DNA of 64,000 bases, from the NCBI GenBank assembly GCA_963662285.2, contig CAXXMV010000006.1, positions 1,312,001 to 1,376,000 of the forward strand, in the 5' to 3' direction. The notes below the pieces were generated by a model that ran no database searches, was not told the DNA's origin, and saw only the letters and a list, made by a program, of their open reading frames with translations. Each line of letters begins with the position of its first letter. Within the stretch, counting starts at the first letter, position 1. The DNA is from a bacterium (GTDB lineage Bacteria; Hinthialibacterota; Hinthialibacteria; Hinthialibacterales; Hinthialibacteraceae). The position numbers and the translations under genes were made by a program. Shown in pieces: positions 28,940 to 39,168 of the stretch.

Positions 28940-31900
28940 TTGAGAATCCATCGGTTGTATATATTTGCGTTTTTTATTGTTATGTGTCATGCAGCAATGG
29001 GGCAGGTTGTTATCAACGAGATCATGTATAACGCTCCTGATAGTGGTTTGGAATATATTGAACTTTATAACTCAGGCGACGCGACGGTTGATCTATCCGG
29101 ATGGATGCTGAAAGATAATCGCGATTCCCATGTATTTACTCTACCGGATAACACTAAATTATCCGGCAACAGATATATTGTCATTGCCGATGATGGCGAG
29201 TTGTTTAGAACCACCTATGGAGTTAAACCTGCCGCCAGCGGTTTCACCTTCAATCTATCCAATGATGGCGACGCAGTCCGGCTGTTTGACGCCAATGGAT
29301 CAGCGATCGAATCAGTCGTGTATGACGACCGACACCCCTGGCCGGAAGAGGCGGATGGCAATGGCTCGTCGCTCGAACGCAAAAACTCACGCTTGCCGTC
29401 AGACCTGGCTTTCACCTGGGATTATTCCAATCCAAAAGAGACGCCGGGTGCAAAGAACTCAACCCATATCGACCGGATCCCTCCTCTAATACTGGATGCA
29501 GACCACTCGCCGCATATCCCGCAGCCCAACCAATCCATTACTGTTACCGCCAGAATTCTTGATGTCGATGGTGAGGTGGATTCCGTCAAGTTGTTTTACG
29601 GATGGAACAGCGGAACAAGTTATCAATCAACTAATATGACTGATGATGGTCAACATGGAGATGGTCAGGCCGGTGATGGCGTCTATGGCGCTGAAGTGGA
29701 TGGCGCTGGAACTGGCAGCATCTTCCGCTTTTATATCGAAGCGAAAGACAATCAAAACTTGGCTTCCCTTATGCCTACTGAAGGAAAAGAACAACCATAT
29801 ATGACCGCAGTGGAGAGAGCGCTTGAAGGTGAAAAAGTTCCCATACTACGGATTGTGATGCGCCCGGAAATCAACCAGCAATTTCTTAATCAATACCGAA
29901 CCGATGAATATTTTCCCGCGACGTTTTACGATGGCGACCAGGTTTATTATCAGGTGCATATCCGACATCGCGGGCGTTCCCGCATTCAAAATGGACGCTT
30001 CAAAATCCGTTTTCCCCAAAGCCAATTGTATCGCGGCAAAATCCGCCGTCTCAATTTCAATGGAACCGATACCAGTACTATATTGCGCGAATATCTAAGC
30101 TTCCAACTATATCAGGATGCCGGGTTGCCTAACCTGGAAAGCGAGCTGGTTCGTTTCCATATCAATGGTAAAACTACCCAGGGAACGCCGTACCGTGTGG
30201 CTATCGAAAATCCCGGTTCGCAATTCATCCACCGGCGCCATTACTTTGATAATGATGACGGCAACCTATATAAAATCACATTAGATGGCACGCCGGATAA
30301 CAAGGCCACATGGCGTTACGTCGGCGACGACCCCGATCTCTACCGAACTTGCTACATCAAACAGACCAACGAGGAAGAAGACGACTATAGCGATATCATA
30401 GAATTCTGCCGAGTGCTTTCTCAATCAAATCCCTGGGAACCGGAGTATCTGGATAAGGTAAATTCCGTCTTGCAATATGATAGTTTCCTGCTTTGGATGG
30501 CCGTATCAGCCTGCGTGGCGCATTGGGATTCTCCATTTACGGATCATGCCCATAACTATGTTTTGTATAACAACCCCGGAACCGGGCAATTCAATATCAT
30601 TGCCTGGGATTTAAATGGAACGTTTAGCTATACGTCAAACCAGAACGACTTGAATTACCGCAAACTGTACACTCATATTCGGTCAACCAAATTTCCAGCC
30701 ATAAATAAAATCCTGAATCACCCTGTCATGGGCGCAGAGTATTATCAAAAAATCGATGGCTTGTTGAATACGCTTTTCACCCAACAAGCCATGGATCAGA
30801 GGATAGATGCAGCAGCCAACGCTCTGAAACTGAATGCCAATTCTGTAAGATTTCTAAAAACCTACGTCACCCAACGAATCAAAGATTTATCTGAGTGGAT
30901 CAATCGTGAAAAAGGTATGGCCTTTATTACCAAGCCGGTCTATCAGGGCAGCGCCGGGCAAACCTATCTCTATCGGGCGGTTGCTAAAGACTATCGCAGC
31001 AACCAGTCCGTCACCAATACATTAAAGAAGAAGCCAAGTTGGTTAAGCGTGGATCCAAAAACCGGAGAACTGGTTGGCGTTCCTACTGAACAAGGCGATT
31101 TTGACGTCGTCCTCGAAGCAAAGAGTAAAAAGAATGTTCTGGTTGAGCAGGCATTTACCATACAAGTGGTAGACGTCCGGCCCAGGTTGATAATGACATT
31201 CAACCAGGACGGCAGTACGATAAACGACTTGAGTCCATTCGCCCATCAAGGCTCATTTCGGGGCAGCGCACGGAGAACCGAAGGCCGCTTGGGTCAGGGA
31301 CTATCTCTCAGTTCTAATTCTTATGTAACCATTCCTCATGATGAATCATTAAACCTTACTGGCTCCATCACCATTGAAGCTTGGATCAAACCAAACTCCA
31401 TCTCCACTGGAAATCCGGTAATTATGACCAAAGGAGATGAAGACGTTTTTAATTATACCCTGATGCTTGGCTATGGACCGTTTAGTTGGGATCAAATGGA
31501 GCCTTGCTTCATGCCGCATCGTTTTGATATTGAAAACCGAGTCTACTATGGGCGCAAGGAAATCGAAGCCCGGTTAAGAAATAGACAATGGGTGCATATC
31601 GCTGGAACCTATGATTCCAATGATGAACTGGTTTGCGTTTACGCCAATAACCGGCGTATCGTGGAAAGTAGTTCAAGACCGCGTATGATTGACAATACCC
31701 GCGCTCTATTAATCGGTCTGGATAACAGCCGCAGTTTCCAGGGCGTGATTGATGACGTTAAAATCCTGCCCTACGCCAAACAGGATTTCGCAGCTGGTTT
31801 ATGTATTTCACAAGTTGATATTTCAGGATTATCAGCCGCGCAGGATCGCATCGCCTTGTCTCTATCCGCATATCGCACTGATTCTATTGATACCGGGAAA

Positions 31901-32572
31901 TACTGTCTGTATCTAGCGCAATCTGACCAATGGATTGCGTTACCCTCTCAGAAGCTTGCACCAGGCAAGACGGTTTCATGGTGGCTGGATGATCTGGGTA
32001 TGGATCAGCCGTTATCAAAGGATGAAACTATCGCTCTATATCCCATTAGTTCCATGCATCAAGCAAGCGAGCGGTTTGTGTTGGATCAGATGTCCTATGG
32101 CGGCAATGGTCCTGATGCCAATGATCCCGGAGTTCAGGCCGCCGTCTGGCTGCCCAATCGATCCGTGAAAATCACGCAGGATTATCCTGTTACATTACAA
32201 CTAAACAACTTCGCCGATAACGATGATATGGATTTGGATTGGAATGTCATCCCGCAAGTGATTGATGGACCCAAGATAACAGCATTCACCATAAATAACG
32301 GCGTCGAACAAACCAAAAAAACAGAAGTGCAATTACAACTTTCAGCAACCAGTTCAAATTCATCATGGAAAATGAGAATCTCCAACACTCCAGTAATGGG
32401 TGAATGGTTAGAATTCTCCAAAAACATTCAATGGACTCTACTACCTGATGATGGCCCCAAGACGGTATATCTTCAGATACTAAACGACCAAGGCGAAAGG
32501 TCATCTATAGTTCAAGCAACTATAAACCTGGATTCATCAACCCTGATTAAGGATTGGAAACAGTTTGAGTGA
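28940..32572 (+). CDS. Secreted multidomain protein: lamin-tail domain, CotH-like kinase, Ig-like and LamG domains
   Basis: Signal peptide; VVINEIMY..EYIELYN and ADGNGSSLER (LTD); RGRS, HNYVLY, IAWDLN (CotH); PSWLSVDPKTGELVGVP (He_PIG); ITIEAWIKP, WVHIAGTYD, FQGVIDDV (LamG). Confidence 0.85.
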   Translation: MRIHRLYIFAFFIVMCHAAMGQVVINEIMYNAPDSGLEYIELYNSGDATVDLSGWMLKDNRDSHVFTLPDNTKLSGNRYIVIADDGELFRTTYGVKPAASGFTFNLSNDGDAVRLFDANGSAIESVVYDDRHPWPEEADGNGSSLERKNSRLPSDLAFTWDYSNPKETPGAKNSTHIDRIPPLILDADHSPHIPQPNQSITVTARILDVDGEVDSVKLFYGWNSGTSYQSTNMTDDGQHGDGQAGDGVYGAEVDGAGTGSIFRFYIEAKDNQNLASLMPTEGKEQPYMTAVERALEGEKVPILRIVMRPEINQQFLNQYRTDEYFPATFYDGDQVYYQVHIRHRGRSRIQNGRFKIRFPQSQLYRGKIRRLNFNGTDTSTILREYLSFQLYQDAGLPNLESELVRFHINGKTTQGTPYRVAIENPGSQFIHRRHYFDNDDGNLYKITLDGTPDNKATWRYVGDDPDLYRTCYIKQTNEEEDDYSDIIEFCRVLSQSNPWEPEYLDKVNSVLQYDSFLLWMAVSACVAHWDSPFTDHAHNYVLYNNPGTGQFNIIAWDLNGTFSYTSNQNDLNYRKLYTHIRSTKFPAINKILNHPVMGAEYYQKIDGLLNTLFTQQAMDQRIDAAANALKLNANSVRFLKTYVTQRIKDLSEWINREKGMAFITKPVYQGSAGQTYLYRAVAKDYRSNQSVTNTLKKKPSWLSVDPKTGELVGVPTEQGDFDVVLEAKSKKNVLVEQAFTIQVVDVRPRLIMTFNQDGSTINDLSPFAHQGSFRGSARRTEGRLGQGLSLSSNSYVTIPHDESLNLTGSITIEAWIKPNSISTGNPVIMTKGDEDVFNYTLMLGYGPFSWDQMEPCFMPHRFDIENRVYYGRKEIEARLRNRQWVHIAGTYDSNDELVCVYANNRRIVESSSRPRMIDNTRALLIGLDNSRSFQGVIDDVKILPYAKQDFAAGLCISQVDISGLSAAQDRIALSLSAYRTDSIDTGKYCLYLAQSDQWIALPSQKLAPGKTVSWWLDDLGMDQPLSKDETIALYPISSMHQASERFVLDQMSYGGNGPDANDPGVQAAVWLPNRSVKITQDYPVTLQLNNFADNDDMDLDWNVIPQVIDGPKITAFTINNGVEQTKKTEVQLQLSATSSNSSWKMRISNTPVMGEWLEFSKNIQWTLLPDDGPKTVYLQILNDQGERSSIVQATINLDSSTLIKDWKQFE

Positions 32573-32590
32573 TAATGTCAGGGGGGAATT

Positions 32591-32684
32591 GTATGATGGG
32601 TCATGCCTTACCGACCCATCTTGATTCTAACCTTATACTAAGTGGTTTGATCAAGGGCTGACCGCATTGCGGTCTCGCCCTTGC
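32591..32684. repeat. Pair of degenerate REP-like hairpins between convergent genes
   Basis: GTAT-GATGGGTC-N10-GACCCATC (32591-32620) and CAAGGGC.GACCGCA.TGCGGTC..GCCCTTG (32652-32683). Confidence 0.5.
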
Positions 32685-32690
32685 CACCCA

Positions 32691-33485
32691 TCACCGATCA
32701 TAATCACCCAATTCTTCTCGCAAAATCTGGTAGAACTCATCTTTGGCATGACGTTCGATCCAGGGTTGGTGGCCGCATTTATTGAGTAGGATGAATCTGA
32801 AATCTTTGAGGATTGGCGTCAATGGTTTTTGCACTCCATCAGCGGGATGCGAATCATGGTCGCCGTGAATCGCAACTACCGGACATTTGATGTACTTGCC
32901 CATCTCCAAAAATTTTCCCTGTTCCCGGAGATTCCGCGCTTCATTCCATACGCTGACGTGGAGATCAAACTGACAATGCAATACTTCTAAATCCAAGGTT
33001 AGAGGATCGTATGAGTCGGCTTTAGCGCATAGTTCGCCTAAAAGGGCCAGCATCCGGTTTTGTTCTTGAGCAGAAGAATTTTCCAAACAAGTCATAATCG
33101 ATTCTACTTCATATAATTCCTCTTGGTTGAGCCGCTCGAAACGGGTTTTCATGATGTCAGCGGCGTAATGTTCTTCAAAGCAACCACTGCTGACCAGGAT
33201 TAGTTTTTTGGTCAATTCAGGATAACGGGCGGCGAACAGAAAACTGAGCATAGCCCCCCATGAATGGCCAATCAGGGTGACGGGAGCATCAGCCCGATGC
33301 TGCAAGACATCATGCAACTCTTGAATCTGTCCATCTACGGAGAAAGCGGTTTGCAGAGGTTCCAGGATTCCCCATTGGTCTGCAAGTTCCCGCGCCACTG
33401 GCGCTATACTTCCCGGTGCTCCCGGACCGCCGTGAATTACTGCAATGCTAAACGGTTCTTTTCCGTATGTCCGTAGGTTTTTCAT
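32691..33485 (-). CDS. Alpha/beta fold hydrolase (proline iminopeptidase-like)
   Basis: HGGPG, GHSWG nucleophile elbow, HGDHD, CGHQPW; start moved to ATG 33485 to avoid overlap. Confidence 0.88.
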   Translation of the reverse strand: MKNLRTYGKEPFSIAVIHGGPGAPGSIAPVARELADQWGILEPLQTAFSVDGQIQELHDVLQHRADAPVTLIGHSWGAMLSFLFAARYPELTKKLILVSSGCFEEHYAADIMKTRFERLNQEELYEVESIMTCLENSSAQEQNRMLALLGELCAKADSYDPLTLDLEVLHCQFDLHVSVWNEARNLREQGKFLEMGKYIKCPVVAIHGDHDSHPADGVQKPLTPILKDFRFILLNKCGHQPWIERHAKDEFYQILREELGDYDR

Positions 33486-33492
33486 ATTGACA

Positions 33493-33918
33493 TTATACTT
33501 CTTTTTCTTCCTCTTCATGCTCGCGCTCAATTATTTGGCGGATGGGTTCATTGTCGGCGAAAACGCGCCATTCGACCACTTTATCGTTGCGAACGATGCC
33601 ATACCACGCCGCTGGAATATCCCACCGGTTTTCCAGTTTGAGTGGACCTCCGGAAGAATAGGTTCCTCCAGCCCGACCCACGGCGGCGACCGATTCTCCA
33701 TCACAATACATCTTCTCAACCTTGATCCAATAATCGGGAACCATCGAATAATAACCCTTCCAACCCTCGCGCATCTTCTCTTTGCCCTGTTTGCGGGTAT
33801 CCATGGCATCGATAAAGATATGGTCGTCGCTCATCAGGTCGCATAGACCATCCACATCTCTCTGGTTGATCTTATCTACAAAAGCATTGATTACATCGAC
33901 CGTATTCATATTTCTCAT
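33493..33918 (-). CDS. SnoaL/NTF2-like protein
   Basis: FVDKINQRDVDGL..LMSDDHIFID, W..Y....PDY, EWRVFADN. Confidence 0.82.
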   Translation of the reverse strand: MRNMNTVDVINAFVDKINQRDVDGLCDLMSDDHIFIDAMDTRKQGKEKMREGWKGYYSMVPDYWIKVEKMYCDGESVAAVGRAGGTYSSGGPLKLENRWDIPAAWYGIVRNDKVVEWRVFADNEPIRQIIEREHEEEEKEV

Positions 33919-34100
33919 TCTCCCGGTTTGGTTTAAATCATGATTTGCAGCACTGCATGAATTGAGCAGTGCAGATTACAATATTCAGGTAAACTCGTAC
34001 GTCTTTTCCATATCACTCAAGCCGCTAAGATGTATTACGTTTCAAATCGACATTACTCATCATTTAAAAATATATCATTAAAAAGAAGGAATTCTCAAGT

Positions 34101-35195
34101 ATGTTTTGGAAAAAAAAGCCGGAAACCAAGAAATTAGATGAGTATAAACAACCCATCGAAGGAGCGCAACAGGAAGAGGCGCCCAGGAAAGGCTTGTTTG
34201 CTAAACTACGCGACCGACTTAAAGCGACCAGTGAATCAATTGCCCAGAAAGCGATCAATCTCTTTAATTTATACGGCAAGATCGATGATGATCTTCTCGA
34301 TGAACTGGAAGAAATACTGATTTCAGCCGATGTGGGAATCAAAACCACCACTGCTTTAATTGAAGAACTGCGTCTGCGAATCCGCCGCGAAAAAAAAGCC
34401 AATTCAGAGGATGCCAAATGGCTGACCGATACGCTGCGTTCTCTAATGAGAGAAATGCTAGACCAGGGCGACATGTCATTGATCCAAGCGTCTGAGGGAC
34501 CAAGCATCTACCTGATTATCGGCGTTAACGGCGTCGGTAAAACAACCGCTATCGGAAAACTGGCCAGCCGGTTGAAGAGTGAAGGGAAGAGCGTCTTGCT
34601 GGTGGCGGCGGATACCTTCCGCGCTGCGGCTATTCAACAGTTGGAAATCTGGGCTAACCGGGCTGATGTTCCTATTGTGATGGGTGAAGAACGGGCTGAT
34701 CCATCCTCGGTCGTTTTTAATGCTATGACTGAAGCCAAACAAAGCAAACCTGATGTGGTTATTATCGATACCGCCGGGCGCTTGCATACCAAATCCAACC
34801 TGATGCAGGAACTATCCAAGATGAGCCGGGTGATCAGCCGCGAATTTGAAAATGCGCCTCATGAACTGCTTCTTGTGCTGGACGCCTCGACCGGACAAAA
34901 CGCCCTGGTTCAGGCACGGCAATTTCTACAATCCTGTGGAGTGACAGGTCTGATCCTGACTAAACTGGATGGCACCGCACGGGGCGGGGTGGTCTTTTCG
35001 GTTCATCAGGAACTGAGTTTGCCGGTTAAATTCATCGGAGTCGGCGAAGGCATTGATGATCTGGAACCTTTCAATCCCGATGCTTTCACCAAAGCGTTGT
35101 TCCCGGTTGAAGAAGATGAAGAAGAGGGAGTTGAAGAAGGCATTGATGAAGATGCTGAGGTAGAAGGCGCAGAAGAAGCAGGGAATTTTTCTTAG
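34101..35195 (+). CDS. ftsY: Signal recognition particle receptor FtsY
   Basis: GVNGVGKTT, DTFRAAA, DTAGR, TKLDGTARGG, GVGE. Confidence 0.97.
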   Translation: MFWKKKPETKKLDEYKQPIEGAQQEEAPRKGLFAKLRDRLKATSESIAQKAINLFNLYGKIDDDLLDELEEILISADVGIKTTTALIEELRLRIRREKKANSEDAKWLTDTLRSLMREMLDQGDMSLIQASEGPSIYLIIGVNGVGKTTAIGKLASRLKSEGKSVLLVAADTFRAAAIQQLEIWANRADVPIVMGEERADPSSVVFNAMTEAKQSKPDVVIIDTAGRLHTKSNLMQELSKMSRVISREFENAPHELLLVLDASTGQNALVQARQFLQSCGVTGLILTKLDGTARGGVVFSVHQELSLPVKFIGVGEGIDDLEPFNPDAFTKALFPVEEDEEEGVEEGIDEDAEVEGAEEAGNFS

Positions 35196-35226
35196 TATTC
35201 ATTCATTATTCTAGTTATCAAATTAA

Positions 35227-35256
35227 AATGGGGGACGCTGATTTGCATCCCCCATT
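35227..35256. terminator. Hairpin between convergent ftsY and MerR genes
   Basis: AATGGGGGA-N12-TCCCCCATT. Confidence 0.6.
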
Positions 35257-35303
35257 GCTGTTTTAACGGCGAAGCGGGGTAAGAGTACTTAAGGTTGGTA
35301 AGA

Positions 35304-35756
35304 CTAGTCACTGAGCAGTTTGAGAATTTCTTGTAATTCCGTTTTGATGCTTGATAATTTGCAACCGTTTTGGTTTATATTATTATGGTTAGGTTCAGGT
35401 GCTATAGAATTACTCTCAATAACCTCAATTTCATAGTTATTTTTCTCTTGTTCGTTCTTACGTTCCTGGCGTAACGCTTGCAGGCCAGCGCGTAATTTCT
35501 TTTCGGCGCCGTCTAAAGTGTAGCCTTCGTTGTAAAGAAGGTTCACAATTTCGTAAAGCAACTCGATATCGTTCCGGGTATACTTTCGCTGGTTGCCGCC
35601 TACCCGTTTAGGATTCAGTTTGGTGAATTTAGTCTCCCAATAACGCAGCACATGAGGCTCGACTCCAGTGAACTCGCTGGCTTCACTGATCGAGTAATAG
35701 ATCTTTTTAGGGATCTCTTCAAGCGTCTTGGTATTTGGATGAATTCGATTCGTCAT
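35304..35756 (-). CDS. MerR-family HTH transcriptional regulator
   Basis: YYSISEA....GVEPHVLRYWE..F..LNPKR..GNQRKY, LLY.EGYT..GA. Confidence 0.9.
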   Translation of the reverse strand: MTNRIHPNTKTLEEIPKKIYYSISEASEFTGVEPHVLRYWETKFTKLNPKRVGGNQRKYTRNDIELLYEIVNLLYNEGYTLDGAEKKLRAGLQALRQERKNEQEKNNYEIEVIESNSIAPEPNHNNINQNGCKLSSIKTELQEILKLLSD

Positions 35757-36156
35757 GTTTATAACTTGCTGAATGCTAAAGTGATATCCCGCCTTACATA
35801 AAGATTACGTTTAGTTTACTACCGTTTACATCCATAATTCAACGGGAGTTAGTAGATTTGCAATAACTTTTTCATGAATGCTGATCCTGTTTTATTTAGT
35901 AGAATTAAGCAATATCGTAATTATTTGTTGAAAAATGGAGGTTTTGTTATGCAAATTGCATTATTTATGGTGATCTTATGATGTGGTATATACCTGTAAA
36001 CGTTGGGTTTATCTTTTTTAGTTTAATGCGATGGATAAGATGTGTGAGACTTTGCTATAAACAGGAATATACTCTGTAATTTCATCTTGATTCTATATTA
36101 AACAATTTCTCCTAAGTCGAATAAAAAGAGAATTTTTAATACGGATTCACTGTTTG

Positions 36157-38955
36157 CTATTTTACATCAATGTTTGCAGGTCTTGGAAATACTGTATCAG
36201 GAATCCTGACAGCATACGCTTCTTCTTCAAACAACTTTGCCATATCGCGGGATAAAAGAATTATTTTTCTATCAATGACTTTATCAAGCATGTTCATAAA
36301 AACAAATTCATAGTTACCATCCCGGCGGATTGGAATCCCAAAGTATGCGGGATATTTCTTATCGTGATTTGAGTTGGCAGAGTATGAATAATTATACTGT
36401 GGATCAAGCAACCGGCAGAAGACGCGGAATTGTTCTTCTAATGGCTGCCCATCAGGATATTTGCATTGACCAATTGCAAAGAAAAATTCTTGATAGGTTT
36501 CTTCTTCAAGTGGGATGTTCAAATATACGGTTCGGGAGCAGTTTTGGTCAATTTTTAGCGGTGCTGTTCCAAAAAAATGAGACGAAGCTGTTTTATCTTT
36601 GGGGGCGCCATCCAGGAAAATAGTATAGTCTCCCTTAGCGTTTATTATAATTGGATTATTCATCAGCTCGGATGAATTCTTATACATTTTCATGGTAGGA
36701 CGTGATTTGTAGTTTGAGTTGGATTGAATAAATGCAAGTATGCGTTGTTCTTCCTCTTGCAAATGTTGAACGTTTGAGAAATCCAAAGAGAGATATACTG
36801 ATGTAGGCTCATTGTCTAATCTTATGACTATATCCTGAGTCCCGACATGAACTGCATATATCTCTTTAGTGAGATAAGGGCTTTTTGTCATCATGGCTTT
36901 AAGTTCATGAAAACCGCCTGCTTCCAAACCAGTTATTCGAAATCTACCATCATTGTCGGTTGTATCTGATCGGGTGCTCAAACTAGTACCTTCAGGAGTG
37001 ATTTTTCTAATATTGCAGCTGATATGAACATCCTTCATCGGTACGCCATTCTGATCGACCACGATGCCTGCTATTTGCTGATCGTCATTATCATCTTCTC
37101 TAACGAGGATAAAATCCTCTTTTATCTTCCTGGCGCCTTTTTCGGGACGAATATGCCGGTATATTTTTACATAATCCGGGGCGTTGGCTTCTAAACTGGC
37201 CCAATCGGAAGGCGCATTATTCAGCGTGTATGCTCCAGATGAATCCAGAGGGACTTCTTTGATTCTATTGGCTTTATCCAAATATAGATTCCAATAGACC
37301 AGAGTGGCTGACGGGATGACGGCGCCCGCCTTATCGGTGACTTTGCCATATATGACTAATCCCGTTTTTAGGATTACATCTATGTTTTTATAATCTTTTC
37401 CGGGTTCGATTAAGAATTCCTGGCTTTCTCCGTAACCAAGATCAGGGTGAAATGCGGTGGCTTTAGTTTTCCAGGGATGTCCATCTTCACTCATATACCG
37501 CAATATTACGCGATATGATCCGTCTTCTCTAGTAAGTAATTTTTTCTGACCCCAATCGCACATTACTCCAGCGCTTGCGACTGGTTTCTTATCTGAATCG
37601 TAGACATGGCCGCTCATGGCGCCCTTGGTGAAAACATATAGTTTTACATTGTCCACATCTCTCTCATCGATTCTAATATTCTCCCGGTAATTTGCCGGCA
37701 GTCCATAAAGCGAATCGTCATTTTCGCTGGTATAGGCGTCTCCAACCTGGTAGTTGCCCCGGTGAATGTTTTTGAATATGAATCCTCCGTATTTATCGGT
37801 GGTTGTGGAGGCAATTGTGTCGCGGAAATATGATTCATTGACGATTAAATCAACCGTGAAGTCAGGAATCGGTTCTTCGGAATCTTTTTCCAGCACCCAG
37901 CCGGATATGACATACCCTTTATGATTGAGCGCTAAGGTGCACTGTTGAGCATCAAATTTCAGGTCGATCATGGTTTCTGATTTATCTGTGTTCTCATAGT
38001 CTTTGGCCTCCGCTGCAATCTGATATCGACCAAGTGGTAGTTCGTCGAACCGGCATCGACCGTCTTGCGCGGTATCTGTATTGAGGCTCAGGATGCCTTC
38101 GCCTCCGATACGCTTTAATTGAACTTTAGCCATAAAAACAGGATTGCCGTTTTGGTCTATAACATTGGTGGTAATCTGTGAATTAGTTCTGAGGATTATG
38201 GTACGCTGTGCGTCATTCGCAACCACATTTGAATTCAGGTGGGGGCTATAGCCTTCAGCTAATGCTTCCAGACGGTATGCTCCCGGCCAAATCCTTTGGA
38301 AACTGAATGATCCGCTGGCATCAGTAATTGATGAATAATGCAGTGCGGCGTTGGTCGTTTCAGTAGGTTTAACTCTTATTTGGTTCTCATCGTGGATGGC
38401 GTATAAGGCAATATGGGCACCAGCGATTGCTTGGGAATCTTCATTAACCACGGTTCCTGATATGAAGCGGCTGCGGGCCAGGTGGATTATCAGTGGATAG
38501 GCATTGTCTATTTCAATATCGATCTGACGGGTTGCTGCTGCAATGGCGATGGGTGATGATGCGTATGCAATATATTGACCAGTTGGCAGTTCAAAATGAA
38601 AGCGCCCAAATTCATCGGGCGTCCGGGGTTGAATATGTAAATCATTATATTGCAGTGGTTTAATGGAAATATGCGCCTTGGGAAACGTCATCTCGTTCTC
38701 GTCAAGAATCGCTCCTTCCAATGATAAAAGTGTATTACTTTTATTTGTTGGCGCGTTTAAGGTCGTTGACTTTTCATCTGGAGAGTCATGGTTAGCGCTT
38801 GGTTTATCGTGAATCGGGATGGAATGCGCCGCTACTGGAGGTAATTGTGGATTTTGAATGGACTGGTAAATGAGATAACTCAGCGTCCCGAATACAGCGA
38901 CAACCAGAACCAAAGCGCAAAGCAACAGGCCTGATGATGAATGTTTCCGTCTCAT
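36157..38955 (-). CDS. Membrane-anchored protein with tandem carboxypeptidase-regulatory-like (prealbumin-fold) repeats
   Basis: N-terminal TM helix; repeated ISG.V.D..G.PI.GA and TD..G.F.F..L..G.Y units. Confidence 0.78.
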   Translation of the reverse strand: MRRKHSSSGLLLCALVLVVAVFGTLSYLIYQSIQNPQLPPVAAHSIPIHDKPSANHDSPDEKSTTLNAPTNKSNTLLSLEGAILDENEMTFPKAHISIKPLQYNDLHIQPRTPDEFGRFHFELPTGQYIAYASSPIAIAAATRQIDIEIDNAYPLIIHLARSRFISGTVVNEDSQAIAGAHIALYAIHDENQIRVKPTETTNAALHYSSITDASGSFSFQRIWPGAYRLEALAEGYSPHLNSNVVANDAQRTIILRTNSQITTNVIDQNGNPVFMAKVQLKRIGGEGILSLNTDTAQDGRCRFDELPLGRYQIAAEAKDYENTDKSETMIDLKFDAQQCTLALNHKGYVISGWVLEKDSEEPIPDFTVDLIVNESYFRDTIASTTTDKYGGFIFKNIHRGNYQVGDAYTSENDDSLYGLPANYRENIRIDERDVDNVKLYVFTKGAMSGHVYDSDKKPVASAGVMCDWGQKKLLTREDGSYRVILRYMSEDGHPWKTKATAFHPDLGYGESQEFLIEPGKDYKNIDVILKTGLVIYGKVTDKAGAVIPSATLVYWNLYLDKANRIKEVPLDSSGAYTLNNAPSDWASLEANAPDYVKIYRHIRPEKGARKIKEDFILVREDDNDDQQIAGIVVDQNGVPMKDVHISCNIRKITPEGTSLSTRSDTTDNDGRFRITGLEAGGFHELKAMMTKSPYLTKEIYAVHVGTQDIVIRLDNEPTSVYLSLDFSNVQHLQEEEQRILAFIQSNSNYKSRPTMKMYKNSSELMNNPIIINAKGDYTIFLDGAPKDKTASSHFFGTAPLKIDQNCSRTVYLNIPLEEETYQEFFFAIGQCKYPDGQPLEEQFRVFCRLLDPQYNYSYSANSNHDKKYPAYFGIPIRRDGNYEFVFMNMLDKVIDRKIILLSRDMAKLFEEEAYAVRIPDTVFPRPANIDVK

Positions 38956-39168
38956 GATTAATCTCTCCCGAAGAAATTATGATCAATCTCCATACCTCTG
39001 TACTAGTATAATAGTACAGTATGCGCCTGGTTGTCTACTCTGAATAAAGAGATTCTAAAAAAAGTTTGGATATTATCGTGACTATCAAAGTTATTGCGAG
39101 AATAACTCAAGGCATCTGTTTGGGATTATGCGGGAGCGGATTATTAGGTTTTTTTATTTCATGAAACA

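Noticed and set aside
34064-34507. 147-aa ORF antisense to ftsY, and similar antisense or nested ORFs across the window (e.g. 1750-2226, 51528-52481)
   Set aside because: Shadow frames of well-supported genes with no motifs of their own.
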